Shown: positions 15,686 to 34,190 of the stretch, piece by piece
Position numbering within the stretch: the stretch's first letter is position 1
Layout: every line of letters begins with the position of its first letter
Sequence record: LR880803
Source: Escherichia phage Barry
Reading direction: 5' to 3' (one strand)
Length of the DNA stretch: 64,000 bases
Notes under the pieces: generated by a model
What the model saw: the letters and a program-made list of their open reading frames with translations, nothing else
Database searches by the model: none
What the model was told of the DNA's origin: nothing
Translations under genes and position numbers: made by a program

Positions 15686-17038
15686 ATGTGGAATCCAATT
15701 GTTAATGTAGATATTACATTGAACACCGCAGGAACTACAAGAGAAGGTTTTGGTTTGCCACTATTCTTAGCTTCAACAGATAACTTTGAAGAAAGAGTAC
15801 GTGGTTACACTTCCTTAACTGAAGTTGCTGAAGATTTCGATGAAAACTCTGCTGCATATAAGGCTGCTAAACAACTTTGGAGTCAGACTCCTAAAGTAAC
15901 TCAGCTTTATATTGGTAGACGTGCTATGCAGTACACTGTATCAATTCCTGATGCCGTTACCGAAAGTACAGACTACTCAATTACTGTAGCTGTTGGCGGT
16001 GGAATTTCTCAACCATACCAGTACACAGCACAAGATTCAGACACTGCTGAGGTAGTGTTGCAACAGTTTAAAACACAGATTGAAGCTGACCCAACAATCA
16101 AAGATAAGGTTTCTGTGAATGTAACTGGTAGCAATGGCTCTGCCACAATGATTATTACCAAAGCTGGTGATAATGACTTTGTGAAAGTAACAACCACAGC
16201 ACAGACTGTATATATTGCAAGTACAACTGCCGATACAGCAGCAACTGCTCTGGCAGCTATCGAAGCTTATTCTACCGACTGGTATTTCATTGCAGCAGAA
16301 GACAGAACTCAACAGTTTGTCTTAGCAATGGCTTCTGAGATTCAGGCTCGCAAGAAAATCTTCTTTACAGCTAACTCGGATGTAACAGCACTGCAAGGCA
16401 CAGAACTAGCCAGTGCAAATGATGTTCCAGCACAGCTTGCTAAGAATATGTACACTCGTACAGTTTGCTTGTGGCATCACGCAGCAGCAGAAGATTACCC
16501 AGAGATGGCATACATTGCTTATGGTGCTCCATATGATGCAGGTTCAATTGCTTGGGGTAATGCTCAGCTAACTGGTGTAGCAGCTTCTCTACAACCATCT
16601 AATCAGAGACCTCTGACAAGTATTCAGAAGTCTGCTTTAGATGTACGTCACTGTAACTTTATTGACCTTGATGGTGGTGTTCCAGTGGTTCGTAGAGGGA
16701 TTACTTCTGGTGGGGAATGGATTGATATCGTCCGTGGTGTTGACTGGTTAGAATCAGACCTGAAAACTTCTCTGAGAGACTTGCTAATTAACCAGAAGGG
16801 TGGTAAGATTACTTATGATGATACTGGTATTACCCGTATTCGTCAAGTCATTGAAACCTCTCTGCAAAGAGCAGTCAACAGAAACTTCCTGTCATCTTAC
16901 ACAGTTAATGTTCCTAAAGCCTCTCAAGTTGCTTTAGCAGACAAGAAAGCGCGTATCCTAAAAGATGTTACCTTCGCAGGTATCTTAGCAGGGGCTATCT
17001 TGGATGTTGACTTGAAAGGTACAGTGGCTTACGAATAA
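15686..17038 (+). CDS. putative tail sheath protein
   Basis: 450-aa ORF immediately upstream of a small tube-like ORF and the chaperone/tape-measure genes, as in contractile tails. Confidence 0.5.
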   Translation: MWNPIVNVDITLNTAGTTREGFGLPLFLASTDNFEERVRGYTSLTEVAEDFDENSAAYKAAKQLWSQTPKVTQLYIGRRAMQYTVSIPDAVTESTDYSITVAVGGGISQPYQYTAQDSDTAEVVLQQFKTQIEADPTIKDKVSVNVTGSNGSATMIITKAGDNDFVKVTTTAQTVYIASTTADTAATALAAIEAYSTDWYFIAAEDRTQQFVLAMASEIQARKKIFFTANSDVTALQGTELASANDVPAQLAKNMYTRTVCLWHHAAAEDYPEMAYIAYGAPYDAGSIAWGNAQLTGVAASLQPSNQRPLTSIQKSALDVRHCNFIDLDGGVPVVRRGITSGGEWIDIVRGVDWLESDLKTSLRDLLINQKGGKITYDDTGITRIRQVIETSLQRAVNRNFLSSYTVNVPKASQVALADKKARILKDVTFAGILAGAILDVDLKGTVAYE

Positions 17039-17053
17039 TAGAGGTAAATTGGA

Positions 17054-17500
17054 ATGGCTATGTATCAGCAATATTCCCCTAAAGACGTTGTATGTAGCTG
17101 GAACGGCATTGCTATTGAAGGCTTTGCTCCAGACTCATTCTTGCGTCTACAGAGAACATCACCACTTGTGACACCAGTTGTTGGTGCAGGTGGTCAGGTT
17201 GCTCTGACAAGAAATGCAGACAAGACAGGCACTATTGAGATTGAGTTAATGCAGACTTCTCTCTCTAACCAGATGCTTTCTGCAATTCAAGCTAAACAAG
17301 ACAATATGGAACTTGAAGAAGATATCTCTTCTAACTTCGTAATCTACGACCCATCAGGCTCTGTTCTGGCAACTGGTATTAACGCTTGGTTGCAGGAGTT
17401 ACCACAGATTGAACTTGGTCGTGACCAGAACTCTAAAACTTGGATTTTTGGTTGTGAGAAGTTAGACTACACTTCTACAATTCCAGCGTCAAGTGTTTAA
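17054..17500 (+). CDS. putative tail tube protein
   Basis: 148-aa ORF between sheath candidate and chaperones; followed by a terminator. Confidence 0.5.
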   Translation: MAMYQQYSPKDVVCSWNGIAIEGFAPDSFLRLQRTSPLVTPVVGAGGQVALTRNADKTGTIEIELMQTSLSNQMLSAIQAKQDNMELEEDISSNFVIYDPSGSVLATGINAWLQELPQIELGRDQNSKTWIFGCEKLDYTSTIPASSV

Positions 17501-17511
17501 TAAATCCTATA

Positions 17512-17545
17512 AGGGGGAGACTTTAAAAGGTCTTCCCCTTTTTTG
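17512..17545 (+). terminator. rho-independent terminator
   Basis: Hairpin ggggagac-tttaaaag-gtcttcccc followed by TTTTTT. Confidence 0.6.
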
Positions 17546-17573
17546 TTTCTTTTAAAAGTATTAAGGAATCACA

Positions 17574-17972
17574 ATGAAAACAGAATCTAGAGTAATTAAT
17601 GGTAAGAAAGTAAATATCGTTCTGCTTGGGGCAAGAGATGGTATTAAGATGTCTATGAAGTTGGGTAAAATTGTTGTTCCAACCTTTGCACAGATGCTAT
17701 CAAGTCTGACTGACAAGGATAAGAAAGAAGCTCCAATGGTTCCATTTAAAGAACTTGTTGAAGCTTGTTTTGACAGAATTGAAGAAATTAACCTTGAAGA
17801 GATGGCAACCCTGTTATTTCAAGGGGCAACTGTTGATGACTTCCCACTTAATATTGATACGTACTTCCAAGCAAACTACGGTGAATTTATTGATTACCTA
17901 GCATTTGCGCTGGAGGCAAACTTCGGAAGTTTTTTCGAAGCAAGCATTTTCAAAAGCCTAACTTCTCAGTAA
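17574..17972 (+). CDS. tail assembly chaperone (G-like)
   Basis: Small acidic ORF upstream of tape measure; contains the slippery heptamer T_TTT_TTC at 17930-17936. Confidence 0.55.
   Translation: MKTESRVINGKKVNIVLLGARDGIKMSMKLGKIVVPTFAQMLSSLTDKDKKEAPMVPFKELVEACFDRIEEINLEEMATLLFQGATVDDFPLNIDTYFQANYGEFIDYLAFALEANFGSFFEASIFKSLTSQ
17930..17936 (+). promoter_or_regulatory. -1 programmed ribosomal frameshift slippery site (T_TTT_TTC)
   Basis: Heptamer is in X_XXY_YYZ register with the 17574 frame; the -1 frame stays open from 17933 into the ORF at 17975..18214. Confidence 0.6.
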
Positions 17973-17974
17973 AC

Positions 17975-18213
17975 ATGGGTAATACTCTACAGACACCACT
18001 GACTGATGCTGCTGTAGAGGCAACCTATGAAGAAGCAGACGAGATGAAATTTGTGCTTGCTATTTATGGTATGGAAGGGTGTAAAGAAACACTTGACCAA
18101 CTCTTTGCTATGACATTCTCTGATTTATTATCATTGAGACAATTTCTTGAGATTCAGAGGTCGTATAAAGAGGAAATTGCTTACAACGAACTTAGAAGAG
18201 CAGGAAAAATGTA

Positions 18214-18214
<1 letters not shown>
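17975..18214 (+). CDS. tail assembly chaperone frameshift extension (GT-like C-terminal part)
   Basis: ORF in the -1 frame relative to 17574..17972, contiguous with the slippery site; also has its own ATG. Confidence 0.5.
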
Positions 18215-26230
<8,016 letters not shown>

Positions 26231-26232
26231 TA

Positions 26233-27381
26233 ATGGCAGTAGGTGAAATTCAAATTAGTGCCTTGCCTCAAGCAGCCTTACCAATTGACCTTAGTGATAT
26301 CTTCCATCTTAAACAGGGTATCGAGGATAAGAGATGTACTCTTGAGCAATTACTTGCCCCACACTCAAGCCTAAGAAATAATCCTCATGGTGTTACTAAG
26401 ACACAAATTGGTTTAGATAACGTTATTAATGCTCTACAGTTAGTTGCTGAAAATAACTTATCAGACATTGTTAATGTAGCTGAGGCAAGAGCAAATCTAC
26501 AGATTATGTCTTCAGAAGAGGTTAATAATCTTATTCAACAACATATTGATGATAAGAGCAACCCACACAACACCACTAAGGCACAGGTTGGGTTAAGTAA
26601 TGTTCAGAACTGGGTGACATCTAACCTTTATAATGAGGATGCAGATAAGTATGCTACAGCAAGAGCAGTAAATAACTTGTACAAGGCTGTTCAGGCTTCT
26701 TATCCAGTAGGTACTATCCATCTCTCTATGAATCCTGCAAACCCTTCTACATATTTAATTTGTGGAGGTACTTGGGAGTTAGTTTCAAAAGGAAGAGCAC
26801 TTGTAGGTTATGATAGTGCTTCTAGGCCAGTTGGTTCAACGTTTGGTTCGCAGACTACTGCACTGACAGTTAACAACATTCCTGCACATACTCACTCAGT
26901 ATACGTCACTGGTGGTGGTCACACACACGGTGCAACGGCCTCTATCAGTGCTTTTGACTACGGTACTAAAGGGACTACAACGTTTGACTATGGAACAAAG
27001 ACTGTATCTACTTATGACTATGGTAACAGAACAACCAGTGCTGCTGGTTTAACACAAACAACATTCATTAATCGTGGTTATGCTGATGGTGGTTGGAGAG
27101 GTTTATCAGTTGAGGGGGCAAGCTATGACCCAAGAGCTACGCTGACAACAGCTAACAACCACACTCACTCTGTAGCAATTGGTGCGCATAATCACACAGT
27201 TGGTATTGGTGCTCATAGCCATTCTGTTGCAATTGGTTCCCACAACCACTCAGCAACAGTAACAGTAACCGGAGCAGGTGAGCATTCGCACTCTGGCACA
27301 ACTGGCACAACTGGTTCTGGTCAAGCATTTAGCGTTGAACAGCCATCCTTCGTATTGTATGTATGGCAGAGAACAGCTTAA
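26233..27381 (+). CDS. tail fiber protein with C-terminal HxH repeat tip domain
   Basis: C-terminal third has repeated HTHS/HNHT/HSHS motifs and ends GSGQAFSVEQPSFVLYVWQRTA, paralogous to the end of the next gene. Confidence 0.65.
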   Translation: MAVGEIQISALPQAALPIDLSDIFHLKQGIEDKRCTLEQLLAPHSSLRNNPHGVTKTQIGLDNVINALQLVAENNLSDIVNVAEARANLQIMSSEEVNNLIQQHIDDKSNPHNTTKAQVGLSNVQNWVTSNLYNEDADKYATARAVNNLYKAVQASYPVGTIHLSMNPANPSTYLICGGTWELVSKGRALVGYDSASRPVGSTFGSQTTALTVNNIPAHTHSVYVTGGGHTHGATASISAFDYGTKGTTTFDYGTKTVSTYDYGNRTTSAAGLTQTTFINRGYADGGWRGLSVEGASYDPRATLTTANNHTHSVAIGAHNHTVGIGAHSHSVAIGSHNHSATVTVTGAGEHSHSGTTGTTGSGQAFSVEQPSFVLYVWQRTA

Positions 27382-27389
27382 TTTCTTTA

Positions 27390-27412
27390 CAGGGGCTTTA
27401 TAGCCCCTTTTA
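27390..27412 (+). terminator. rho-independent terminator
   Basis: Hairpin aggggct-ttata-gcccct followed by TTTT. Confidence 0.5.
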
Positions 27413-27427
27413 AGAGGAAAATTTATA

Positions 27428-29779
27428 ATGGCAGATTACAAGTTGAGTGAATTAAACTCAATTGATACAATTCGTTCAGACGACCTTCTTCATGTCAGGG
27501 TTAAAAAGAGACCTGAAATGCTGGGTGATGAAGACCGTCGAATGACCTATCAAGACTTCTTAGCATCTTTTAAACTAGAAAGGTTTGTCCAGATTGCTGG
27601 TAGCACTATGACGGGTGACTTAGGAATTGTCAAGTTACTTTATGGTGGTAAGGCAGTATTTGACCCTACAGGTTCTTCTGAGATTACTATGGGGGATGTT
27701 TTAAAGGCTTTTAAAATCAATGCAAATGGTCTTAAACTAACTATTGCAGATGCTTCAAGGTCTGCAACTGTTTACCATACTCTTAATAAGCCAAGCCCTA
27801 ATGAACTTGGGATGAGAACTAATGAAGAGAATGATGCAAGATATGCAAGGTTGGCTGTAACAAACACATTCTCTAGAAATCAGAACATTCAAAGTGATGG
27901 TAATGCACTTCGCCTTAGAAACCAGATTGCAAATAATGCACAATACATTGAGGGTGTAAACCTAGATGGTTCAGCTAGATGGTGGGTTGGTATTGGTAGC
28001 AATGGCGAGGATGCAGTAAGCCTGTATAACAGCAAATACAACTCAGCAGTGATTGTTGCAAGCAATATCTCTGTTAATAAGTCTTTAGCAATCACTGGTC
28101 AAGTTCAGCCTTCTGACTTCTCTAACTTAGATGCTAGATACTTTACTCAGACAGCAGCTAATCAGAGATTTGCGCAGTTAGTTGGTAATAATACCTTCAG
28201 TGGTTTAAACACATTCAGTAATAATGTTAATGTGAACTCTGATGGTGCTGCTATCATTCTAAAAAATAAAACGGCCAATGATACTCTGTTCATCCTAGCA
28301 AGAGACAGTGAAAACAATAATTTGTGGTATATTGGTAAAGGTGATGTAACCTCTAATATCACGATTTATGATTATAATGGTGACACTTCTATTAAATTAA
28401 ACGCGTCTGGTGTAACATTTAATAAGGGTGTAAAAATCACTGGTCAAGTACAACCTTCTGATTGGACTAACATTGACTCTCGTTATGTTCTTATTGGTTC
28501 ATACGCAAATCTTGCTAAGAAGAATGAAGCTAACACATTCACTTTACAGCAGAATATTCAATCTGATGGTGAAGCATTAAGAATCTACAGCAAGGCTCAG
28601 AATAATTCTTCTTACATTGTTGGTAAGAATACTGATAACACAAATAAGTGGTTTATCGGTTGTGGTACTAATGGTTCTGGTACGGCATCATTCCATAACT
28701 ACTTGACTGGTGCAAGACTCGATTTAGCTGACGAAATTCTTCTGTCTAAATCTCTACAGATTACTGGACAGGTAAAACCTTCTGATTGGTCTAACTTAGA
28801 TGCTAGATACTTCACTCAGTCAGCAGCTAATCAGAGATTCATGGTTGCAGGTTCTACAGGAGAAGCTACAGAGCAGAATGCAGATGGTGTGGCATGGAAC
28901 GCTAAAACAGGCTTATATAATGTAACATCACCAAATGGTGATTACACATCACTTGTATTTCAAATGTATCAGGGAGTGTCCTCTTCTACTGCCTGTGCGC
29001 AACTAAAGTTCCAGTATAAAAATGGTGGGATGTGGTACAGAACATCTGTAGACAGTAAAGGTTTTGAGGCTAAGTGGTCTAAGGTTTACACAGAGGCTCA
29101 GAAACCAACCCCTTCAGAGCTTGGTGCATACACTAAAGCTGAAACTGACCAGAAGATTGCACAGGCAGTAAGTGACTCTACAGACCTTAACAAAATCTAT
29201 CCAGTGGGTATTGTGACGTGGTTTAACAGTAATGTTAACCCTAATACAGCACTGCCTGGTCTAACTTGGACGTATCTGAACAATGGTGTTGGTAGAACTA
29301 TCAGAATTGCAGCAGCAAACGGTTCAGATGTTGCTACAACTGGTGGTTCAGACTCTGTGACGTTAGCTGTTGGGAACTTGCCTTCACACACTCACAGTTT
29401 TTCTGCGACTACCTCATCGTTTGACTACGGAACAAAAAACACTAACACGACTGGTGCTCACACACACTCTGTAAGTGGTTCTACTTCATCTGCTGGTAAC
29501 CACAACCACGCTATCTCGTGGATTGGTCAGAACTCTACACACTATTCTGGTGGTGGTGGTGGTAAAATCGGTACAGGTCCGGGTTACACTGATGCTGCTG
29601 GTGCGCACACCCACACAATCTCTGGTACTGCTACTTCTGCTGGTAACCATGCTCACAGTGTTGGTATTGGTGCTCACAGTCATACAGTTAGTGGTAACAC
29701 TGGTGGTACAGGTTCTGGTTCAGCATTTAGTGTTACTAACCAGTTCTATAAGTTAATGGCTTGGGTGAGAACTGCTTAA
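27428..29779 (+). CDS. long tail fiber protein with internal repeat modules and C-terminal HxH repeat tip domain
   Basis: 783 aa; three copies of ITGQV(Q/K)PSD(F/W)(S/T)N(L/I)D(A/S)RY; C-terminus has HTHS/HNHA/HAHS repeats and ends [22 protein letters not shown]. Confidence 0.7.
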   Translation: MADYKLSELNSIDTIRSDDLLHVRVKKRPEMLGDEDRRMTYQDFLASFKLERFVQIAGSTMTGDLGIVKLLYGGKAVFDPTGSSEITMGDVLKAFKINANGLKLTIADASRSATVYHTLNKPSPNELGMRTNEENDARYARLAVTNTFSRNQNIQSDGNALRLRNQIANNAQYIEGVNLDGSARWWVGIGSNGEDAVSLYNSKYNSAVIVASNISVNKSLAITGQVQPSDFSNLDARYFTQTAANQRFAQLVGNNTFSGLNTFSNNVNVNSDGAAIILKNKTANDTLFILARDSENNNLWYIGKGDVTSNITIYDYNGDTSIKLNASGVTFNKGVKITGQVQPSDWTNIDSRYVLIGSYANLAKKNEANTFTLQQNIQSDGEALRIYSKAQNNSSYIVGKNTDNTNKWFIGCGTNGSGTASFHNYLTGARLDLADEILLSKSLQITGQVKPSDWSNLDARYFTQSAANQRFMVAGSTGEATEQNADGVAWNAKTGLYNVTSPNGDYTSLVFQMYQGVSSSTACAQLKFQYKNGGMWYRTSVDSKGFEAKWSKVYTEAQKPTPSELGAYTKAETDQKIAQAVSDSTDLNKIYPVGIVTWFNSNVNPNTALPGLTWTYLNNGVGRTIRIAAANGSDVATTGGSDSVTLAVGNLPSHTHSFSATTSSFDYGTKNTNTTGAHTHSVSGSTSSAGNHNHAISWIGQNSTHYSGGGGGKIGTGPGYTDAAGAHTHTISGTATSAGNHAHSVGIGAHSHTVSGNTGGTGSGSAFSVTNQFYKLMAWVRTA

Positions 29780-29858
29780 TCCCTTGTTGACTGATTGTTA
29801 AGATGGTGTTAATATTCTTTATGGGTATTCTCACCATCTTGGCTGATGAGGTGATTAA

Positions 29859-30053
29859 ATGCCTACAATCCTAGCAATTCTTCTAAAAAATCTAGGTAGT
29901 TTCTTCTGGAAACTCATTTTATCCCTTCTGAGTGAATACATGATTGAGAAAGTGTTCTTTAAGCTTGCAAGATACCTTGCGAGTAAAACAGACACACCTA
30001 TTGATGATGAGTTCGTAGATAACTTAGAAAGAGCTTTTAAGGGGGAGAAATAA
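29859..30053 (+). CDS. small membrane protein (possible holin-like)
   Basis: 64 aa with hydrophobic N-terminus and charged C-terminus; located after the tail fibers. Confidence 0.3.
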   Translation: MPTILAILLKNLGSFFWKLILSLLSEYMIEKVFFKLARYLASKTDTPIDDEFVDNLERAFKGEK

Positions 30054-30425
30054 ATGAAGTGGCTAGAGGAAGCTTTTAAAAATAATATTGGTGCAATTGT
30101 AGTTGGTATTTTTAGTGTTATCGGGATGTATACCACTATGCAAGTTTCAAGTGGTAAGCAAGAAGTGTCTGTCACAACAAAGTTACAGCAGCTAGATAAT
30201 TATTCCAAAAGTAACTATTCAGCTATTCGTGATTTACAGTCTGACATGAGACTGATTCAGCTAGGGATGGAGAACCAGAAAGTCCAGTTAGAGAATGTTA
30301 AGGGTGAGAATGCGAAACTTACCAAAACTCTTGATAAATTCTCTGACAGTGTGAACAATCTGGCCCAATCAGTATCAGCCTTGCAAGCTATTACTGAAAA
30401 GAACACAAAGAATACTGAAAAATAA
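30054..30425 (+). CDS. membrane-anchored coiled-coil protein (possible lysis accessory)
   Basis: One N-terminal transmembrane segment then coiled coil; followed by a terminator. Confidence 0.3.
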   Translation: MKWLEEAFKNNIGAIVVGIFSVIGMYTTMQVSSGKQEVSVTTKLQQLDNYSKSNYSAIRDLQSDMRLIQLGMENQKVQLENVKGENAKLTKTLDKFSDSVNNLAQSVSALQAITEKNTKNTEK

Positions 30426-30431
30426 AATTTT

Positions 30432-30465
30432 AAGGCTCCCGTAAAAAGGAGCCTTTTTGTTTTTA
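30432..30465. terminator. bidirectional terminator between convergent modules
   Basis: Hairpin ggctcc-cgtaaaa-ggagcc followed by TTTTTGTTTTT; sits between the plus-strand late genes and the minus-strand block. Confidence 0.55.
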
Positions 30466-31362
30466 CTTACCTACTGACAGAGGTGCTTCAATCTTCCCTG
30501 CATGTTGGTAGTTGTTAATACCACCAATAAAATCACTTGCAGTAAGATGTTTCAGGTCACTTAAAGTATTAAGTGGTAGACCAATCTCAAAAGTTGGTGC
30601 ATGGAACTCTTCATTGTTCATCAGTTCATAAACCTGTTTCATATGGTTCTGATAAATCTGAGTATCCCCAAAGACACCTATCAAGTACCGTGGAGTGTAT
30701 CCAGTCATCTTACAAAGAACTTCTAAGATGAAACCATAAGACGCAATATTAAACGGAAGTCCTAAAAAGGTGTCTACTGAACGTTGATACCACTGTAAGT
30801 CAACTTCACCCTCATTAGTGATATAAATCTGAAACAGAACATGACAAGGTGCTAAAGCCATTGAGTTTGCTGCAATATCTGCTGCATTCCAAGCATTAAC
30901 AAGCATGTAACGGTCTGTGATATCACCCTTCATCTTCGTTACTAAGGTCTCTAGCTGGTCTACAACACAACCATTATGACCCTCAAAGTTTCTCCACTGA
31001 ACCCCGTAGATTCTCCCACCTGCATCTTCTAACCAGTCTTGTTCAGAAGAATAATTAGAACTTAACCAGCGTTTAAAATCATCTGACCAGATAGTCCATC
31101 GTTCCCCATCATTTTCACCCCAAGTACGGTAACGGAGTTCACCAAGCTTATTCTCACCATTCAGGAACCATAAAGCTTCCCCAATAACTTGCCTTGTAAA
31201 CACCTGTTTAGATGTTAAGAGTGGGAAACCAGTACGCATATCAAAACGAAACTTAGGTGGAGCAAATGCAGAGATAACATCTCCAGTTCGTGTAGTACGC
31301 AGTTCACCGACTGATAAAACATGGTTCAGGATATTTTTATAACTTGAATCTGCTTGTGACAT
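30463..31362 (-). CDS. thyA: thymidylate synthase (ThyA family)
   Basis: Catalytic-site motifs ALAPCH and YQRSVDTFLGLPFNIASYGF, plus GDTQIYQNH. Confidence 0.8.
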   Translation of the reverse strand: MSQADSSYKNILNHVLSVGELRTTRTGDVISAFAPPKFRFDMRTGFPLLTSKQVFTRQVIGEALWFLNGENKLGELRYRTWGENDGERWTIWSDDFKRWLSSNYSSEQDWLEDAGGRIYGVQWRNFEGHNGCVVDQLETLVTKMKGDITDRYMLVNAWNAADIAANSMALAPCHVLFQIYITNEGEVDLQWYQRSVDTFLGLPFNIASYGFILEVLCKMTGYTPRYLIGVFGDTQIYQNHMKQVYELMNNEEFHAPTFEIGLPLNTLSDLKHLTASDFIGGINNYQHAGKIEAPLSVGK

Positions 31363-31363
31363 A

Positions 31364-31909
31364 TCAAAAGTGTCCTTTTACTTGTGGAACATAAATTTCA
31401 AAGGTTGCTTTACCATCATCTGAGGGTCTTGACTGCACCTTTGCAAATACACGGCTATCATACAGCTTATCAAAGAAGTTTTCAAAAGGTAAATACACAG
31501 TGGCCTCTTCAGTAACTTTATGGAAAACTGTATGGAAAACTACACCAGCATACGGCAAAGCATCGACAAGAACACCTGCACCACCAATTACAAAGATATC
31601 TTCATCAATAGAGCTATCAAGATACTTCAAAAATGCTCCAAAGGACTCTTTACTAGCCTTAGCATACATTACATCGTCTTTGTCAAAGTCTATACCCAAA
31701 TATGGAACAGAGTTCGTTAAGACGAGGTTTGTACGTTCTGGTAATGGTTTACTACCCAGAGTCTTAAAAGTCTCATTACCCATAACTACCAAGTTGTCTT
31801 TAGTGAGTCTCTTAAACTCTTGCATATCTTGCTTATGTCGAGGCCACGGCATACCAGTTGGAGTACCAAACTCCCCTTTTTCACCACTTGCAAAGATTAA
31901 TTTAATCAT
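31364..31909 (-). CDS. folA: dihydrofolate reductase
   Basis: N-terminal motif IFASGEKGEFGTPTGMPWP and VVMGNETFKTL; adjacent to thyA. Confidence 0.7.
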   Translation of the reverse strand: MIKLIFASGEKGEFGTPTGMPWPRHKQDMQEFKRLTKDNLVVMGNETFKTLGSKPLPERTNLVLTNSVPYLGIDFDKDDVMYAKASKESFGAFLKYLDSSIDEDIFVIGGAGVLVDALPYAGVVFHTVFHKVTEEATVYLPFENFFDKLYDSRVFAKVQSRPSDDGKATFEIYVPQVKGHF

Positions 31910-32166
31910 TTTGTAAACCCTTTCTTAATAAACCAGTTGATAACAATCTTCAAAGCTTTATTGCTATGGTAGACTAAGTGTGGTGTAGGTTGGTATGAAC
32001 CATAAGCCCAGAAAGCAATGATTTCATTACATCCTGTACACCTTGTACTCTCTTCAGCAATATGACCGTTGACTATTTCACTTACCTCACCTTGTAAGTC
32101 TGTACATCCACAATGTGGACATCGGATAGGTGTTCCATCAGACTCATAGCAGTGTTCAATTTTCAT
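31906..32166 (-). CDS. small zinc-ribbon protein
   Basis: Two CxxC pairs (CPHCGC ... CTGC). Confidence 0.4.
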   Translation of the reverse strand: MKIEHCYESDGTPIRCPHCGCTDLQGEVSEIVNGHIAEESTRCTGCNEIIAFWAYGSYQPTPHLVYHSNKALKIVINWFIKKGFTK

Positions 32167-32682
32167 TTACTTAACCTCAAAAACTGGCTCAAGAACCAAT
32201 ATAAAGTCTACACAGTCATCTTCTTCATCCAGAATACCATCAAAGTTCTTAGGAACGAAGTCGAAGAGACTCATAACAAAACAGTCAGAAGTGACCTTGA
32301 TAGTTCCTCCTATGTTCTCTACAGTTAACACTGTACGACTTTCTTTTACCTCCCTCAGAAGATTACCCACAAAGTCATCTAAGAAGTACTTCATCAATGA
32401 CTTAAAACCTTTAGGATAATCTGTACCAGAGTATGTTTCAATCTGTGGTACAAGCTTAACATTTATACTAGTCTTTGTTAAGAACGTTTTAGAGAACATA
32501 CTATCAGGTAACTTACAAACAGTCTTTCCAGTACCTTCATGTTCAATCTCAACAAAACCAGCTTCATCGCCACATGTAACTATTTTAAAAGATGCTTCAT
32601 TCTCATACTGTGAAGCCATAAACTTTTTAAGCATCTCTTTAAGGAAATCTGCATGAGCATCTTGTAAGTAGACATCAATCAT
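32167..32682 (-). CDS. hypothetical protein
   Basis: 171-aa ORF in the minus-strand operon. Confidence 0.4.
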   Translation of the reverse strand: MIDVYLQDAHADFLKEMLKKFMASQYENEASFKIVTCGDEAGFVEIEHEGTGKTVCKLPDSMFSKTFLTKTSINVKLVPQIETYSGTDYPKGFKSLMKYFLDDFVGNLLREVKESRTVLTVENIGGTIKVTSDCFVMSLFDFVPKNFDGILDEEDDCVDFILVLEPVFEVK

Positions 32683-32695
32683 AGTTAATCACCTA

Positions 32696-33055
32696 TTATG
32701 GGAACAGACACTTAATGTCATCGTTTTTGAAAACGAAACTTGTGTAGTTGTGACCATCAACATCCAACCAAACAGCCTGAACATCTACACCATCAAGATT
32801 CTGGTAAAGCTCTTTAATGAAGTGGTCTTTCACAAACTGACTGCTAGTGGTTTCCAGCTTGATGTTTGAGATTGCTGAACCTACAGCCATATAACCCATG
32901 ACACGTTTCTTCTCAGTATGCTTAATCTTACCATCTTTGTAAGCCATAATGAGATTGGAGAGAATCTTCACACCATAATACTTTTCAAGGTGAGTAGGTA
33001 CACCGTAAAAGCCTAATGCGAAGTTTTCAGAGTGGATAATGTTTTCACGTTTCAT
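32696..33055 (-). CDS. hypothetical protein
   Basis: 119-aa ORF. Confidence 0.4.
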   Translation of the reverse strand: MKRENIIHSENFALGFYGVPTHLEKYYGVKILSNLIMAYKDGKIKHTEKKRVMGYMAVGSAISNIKLETTSSQFVKDHFIKELYQNLDGVDVQAVWLDVDGHNYTSFVFKNDDIKCLFP

Positions 33056-33056
33056 A

Positions 33057-33356
33057 TTAATCTGCCAACCTTAAATTAAAATTAACACCAAATTTTTCAC
33101 ATACTTCCAACATATACTCAAGGGAGACATTACCAGTGAGATGAATTATGTTGGACACACGAGCCTGAGAGATACCACAAATTTTAGCAACTTGCTCTTG
33201 AGAAAGACCTCTGGATTTAATCTCTCTCTTAAAACGATGTGCAACGAAGTCTCTCATTTCGTCTACATCCATTGGACAAATATAACTCTCCATTTCAGCC
33301 TCTCTATCAGCCTCCCAATCATCTTGTGGGGCATAAGGGTCAAAAACCTCATTCAT
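33057..33356 (-). CDS. helix-turn-helix DNA-binding protein (XRE-like)
   Basis: HTH motif SQEQVAKICGISQARVSNIIH; start placed at the internal Met to avoid overlap. Confidence 0.45.
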   Translation of the reverse strand: MNEVFDPYAPQDDWEADREAEMESYICPMDVDEMRDFVAHRFKREIKSRGLSQEQVAKICGISQARVSNIIHLTGNVSLEYMLEVCEKFGVNFNLRLAD

Positions 33357-33561
33357 CTTTCTTCTTCCGTTTGCGTGAAGTATCAATTAATGAGTCTATG
33401 TTAGTAGCCCTGACCTTTTCACGTTCATCGTTAAGATAATCGTCAAGAGCCTTTTCAATCTGTGAATCATCTTGACAGATAACTGTAAAGACTGTAAAGC
33501 CGTCTGTATCGTCAATTATCTTACCATAACCGCTTCTGGGATGTAACTTTTTAAGAGCCAT
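33349..33561 (-). CDS. hypothetical small protein with basic C-terminus
   Basis: 70-aa ORF ending in RKRKKKDE. Confidence 0.3.
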   Translation of the reverse strand: MALKKLHPRSGYGKIIDDTDGFTVFTVICQDDSQIEKALDDYLNDEREKVRATNIDSLIDTSRKRKKKDE

Positions 33562-33562
33562 A

Positions 33563-33946
33563 TCAAATACCTGTGCAGCTTCTGTTTTCTAAGAAATACT
33601 CAACACCATACATAGCTTTTTGCATCAAATCTTCTTTAAACTGGATACGGTGGTTGAGCATAGCCTGTACATCAATATCATCACGGTGCTTCTCTTTAAT
33701 GTTTGCAGATTGCAGGAAATACTCTGCAAGAACACGATATTGATAGTCAGTCACCTTATCAGTCATCTCTGTCAAAGATTCTTCAGAGATTGGTTTAAGT
33801 AGCTCACCATTAGCTAGAGCAACACCTTTAACAATCTGGCAAGTGTCTTCTGGAACACCTGATAAGTCCACATTTGGGAGTTCTGTTGCATTGACTGGTA
33901 AATTCATTGCCATAACCATTGCAGCAGCTAATAAAATCTTTTTCAT
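33563..33946 (-). CDS. secreted protein with signal peptide
   Basis: N-terminus MKKILLAAAMVMAMNLPVNA is signal-peptide-like. Confidence 0.45.
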   Translation of the reverse strand: MKKILLAAAMVMAMNLPVNATELPNVDLSGVPEDTCQIVKGVALANGELLKPISEESLTEMTDKVTDYQYRVLAEYFLQSANIKEKHRDDIDVQAMLNHRIQFKEDLMQKAMYGVEYFLENRSCTGI

Positions 33947-34040
33947 AATGACCTCAAAGTTATATTAAATTTTGTATTACATTGAGTATAAAAATAAGCT
34001 ATAACACCTGACTTGTCAACAGATTTTATAGCTTATTTGG

Positions 34041-34163
34041 CAGATTTTTTATAAGGCTACTGCCATCCTTCCATACCTTACCTTACCACACCTAACCATA
34101 CCTAACCAAACTACACCATACAATACCTTGTTAAAAGACCCTCTTAAAGACCTTTTAAAAAGG
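34041..34163. repeat. direct repeat copy A (~120 bp) with pentanucleotide NNACC tract
   Basis: Tract atacc ttacc ttacc acacc taacc atacc taacc then ttaaaagaccctcttaaagaccttttaaaaagg; ~75% similar to 35301-35443. Confidence 0.6.
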
Positions 34164-34190
34164 AGCCTCCGAAGAGGCTGCCTAGTCAAC

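Noticed and set aside
29475-29756. Track ORFs 29475..29756 (+) and 29486..29683 (-)
   Set aside because: They lie out of frame or antisense inside the long tail fiber gene and give low-complexity products driven by the HxH repeat codons.
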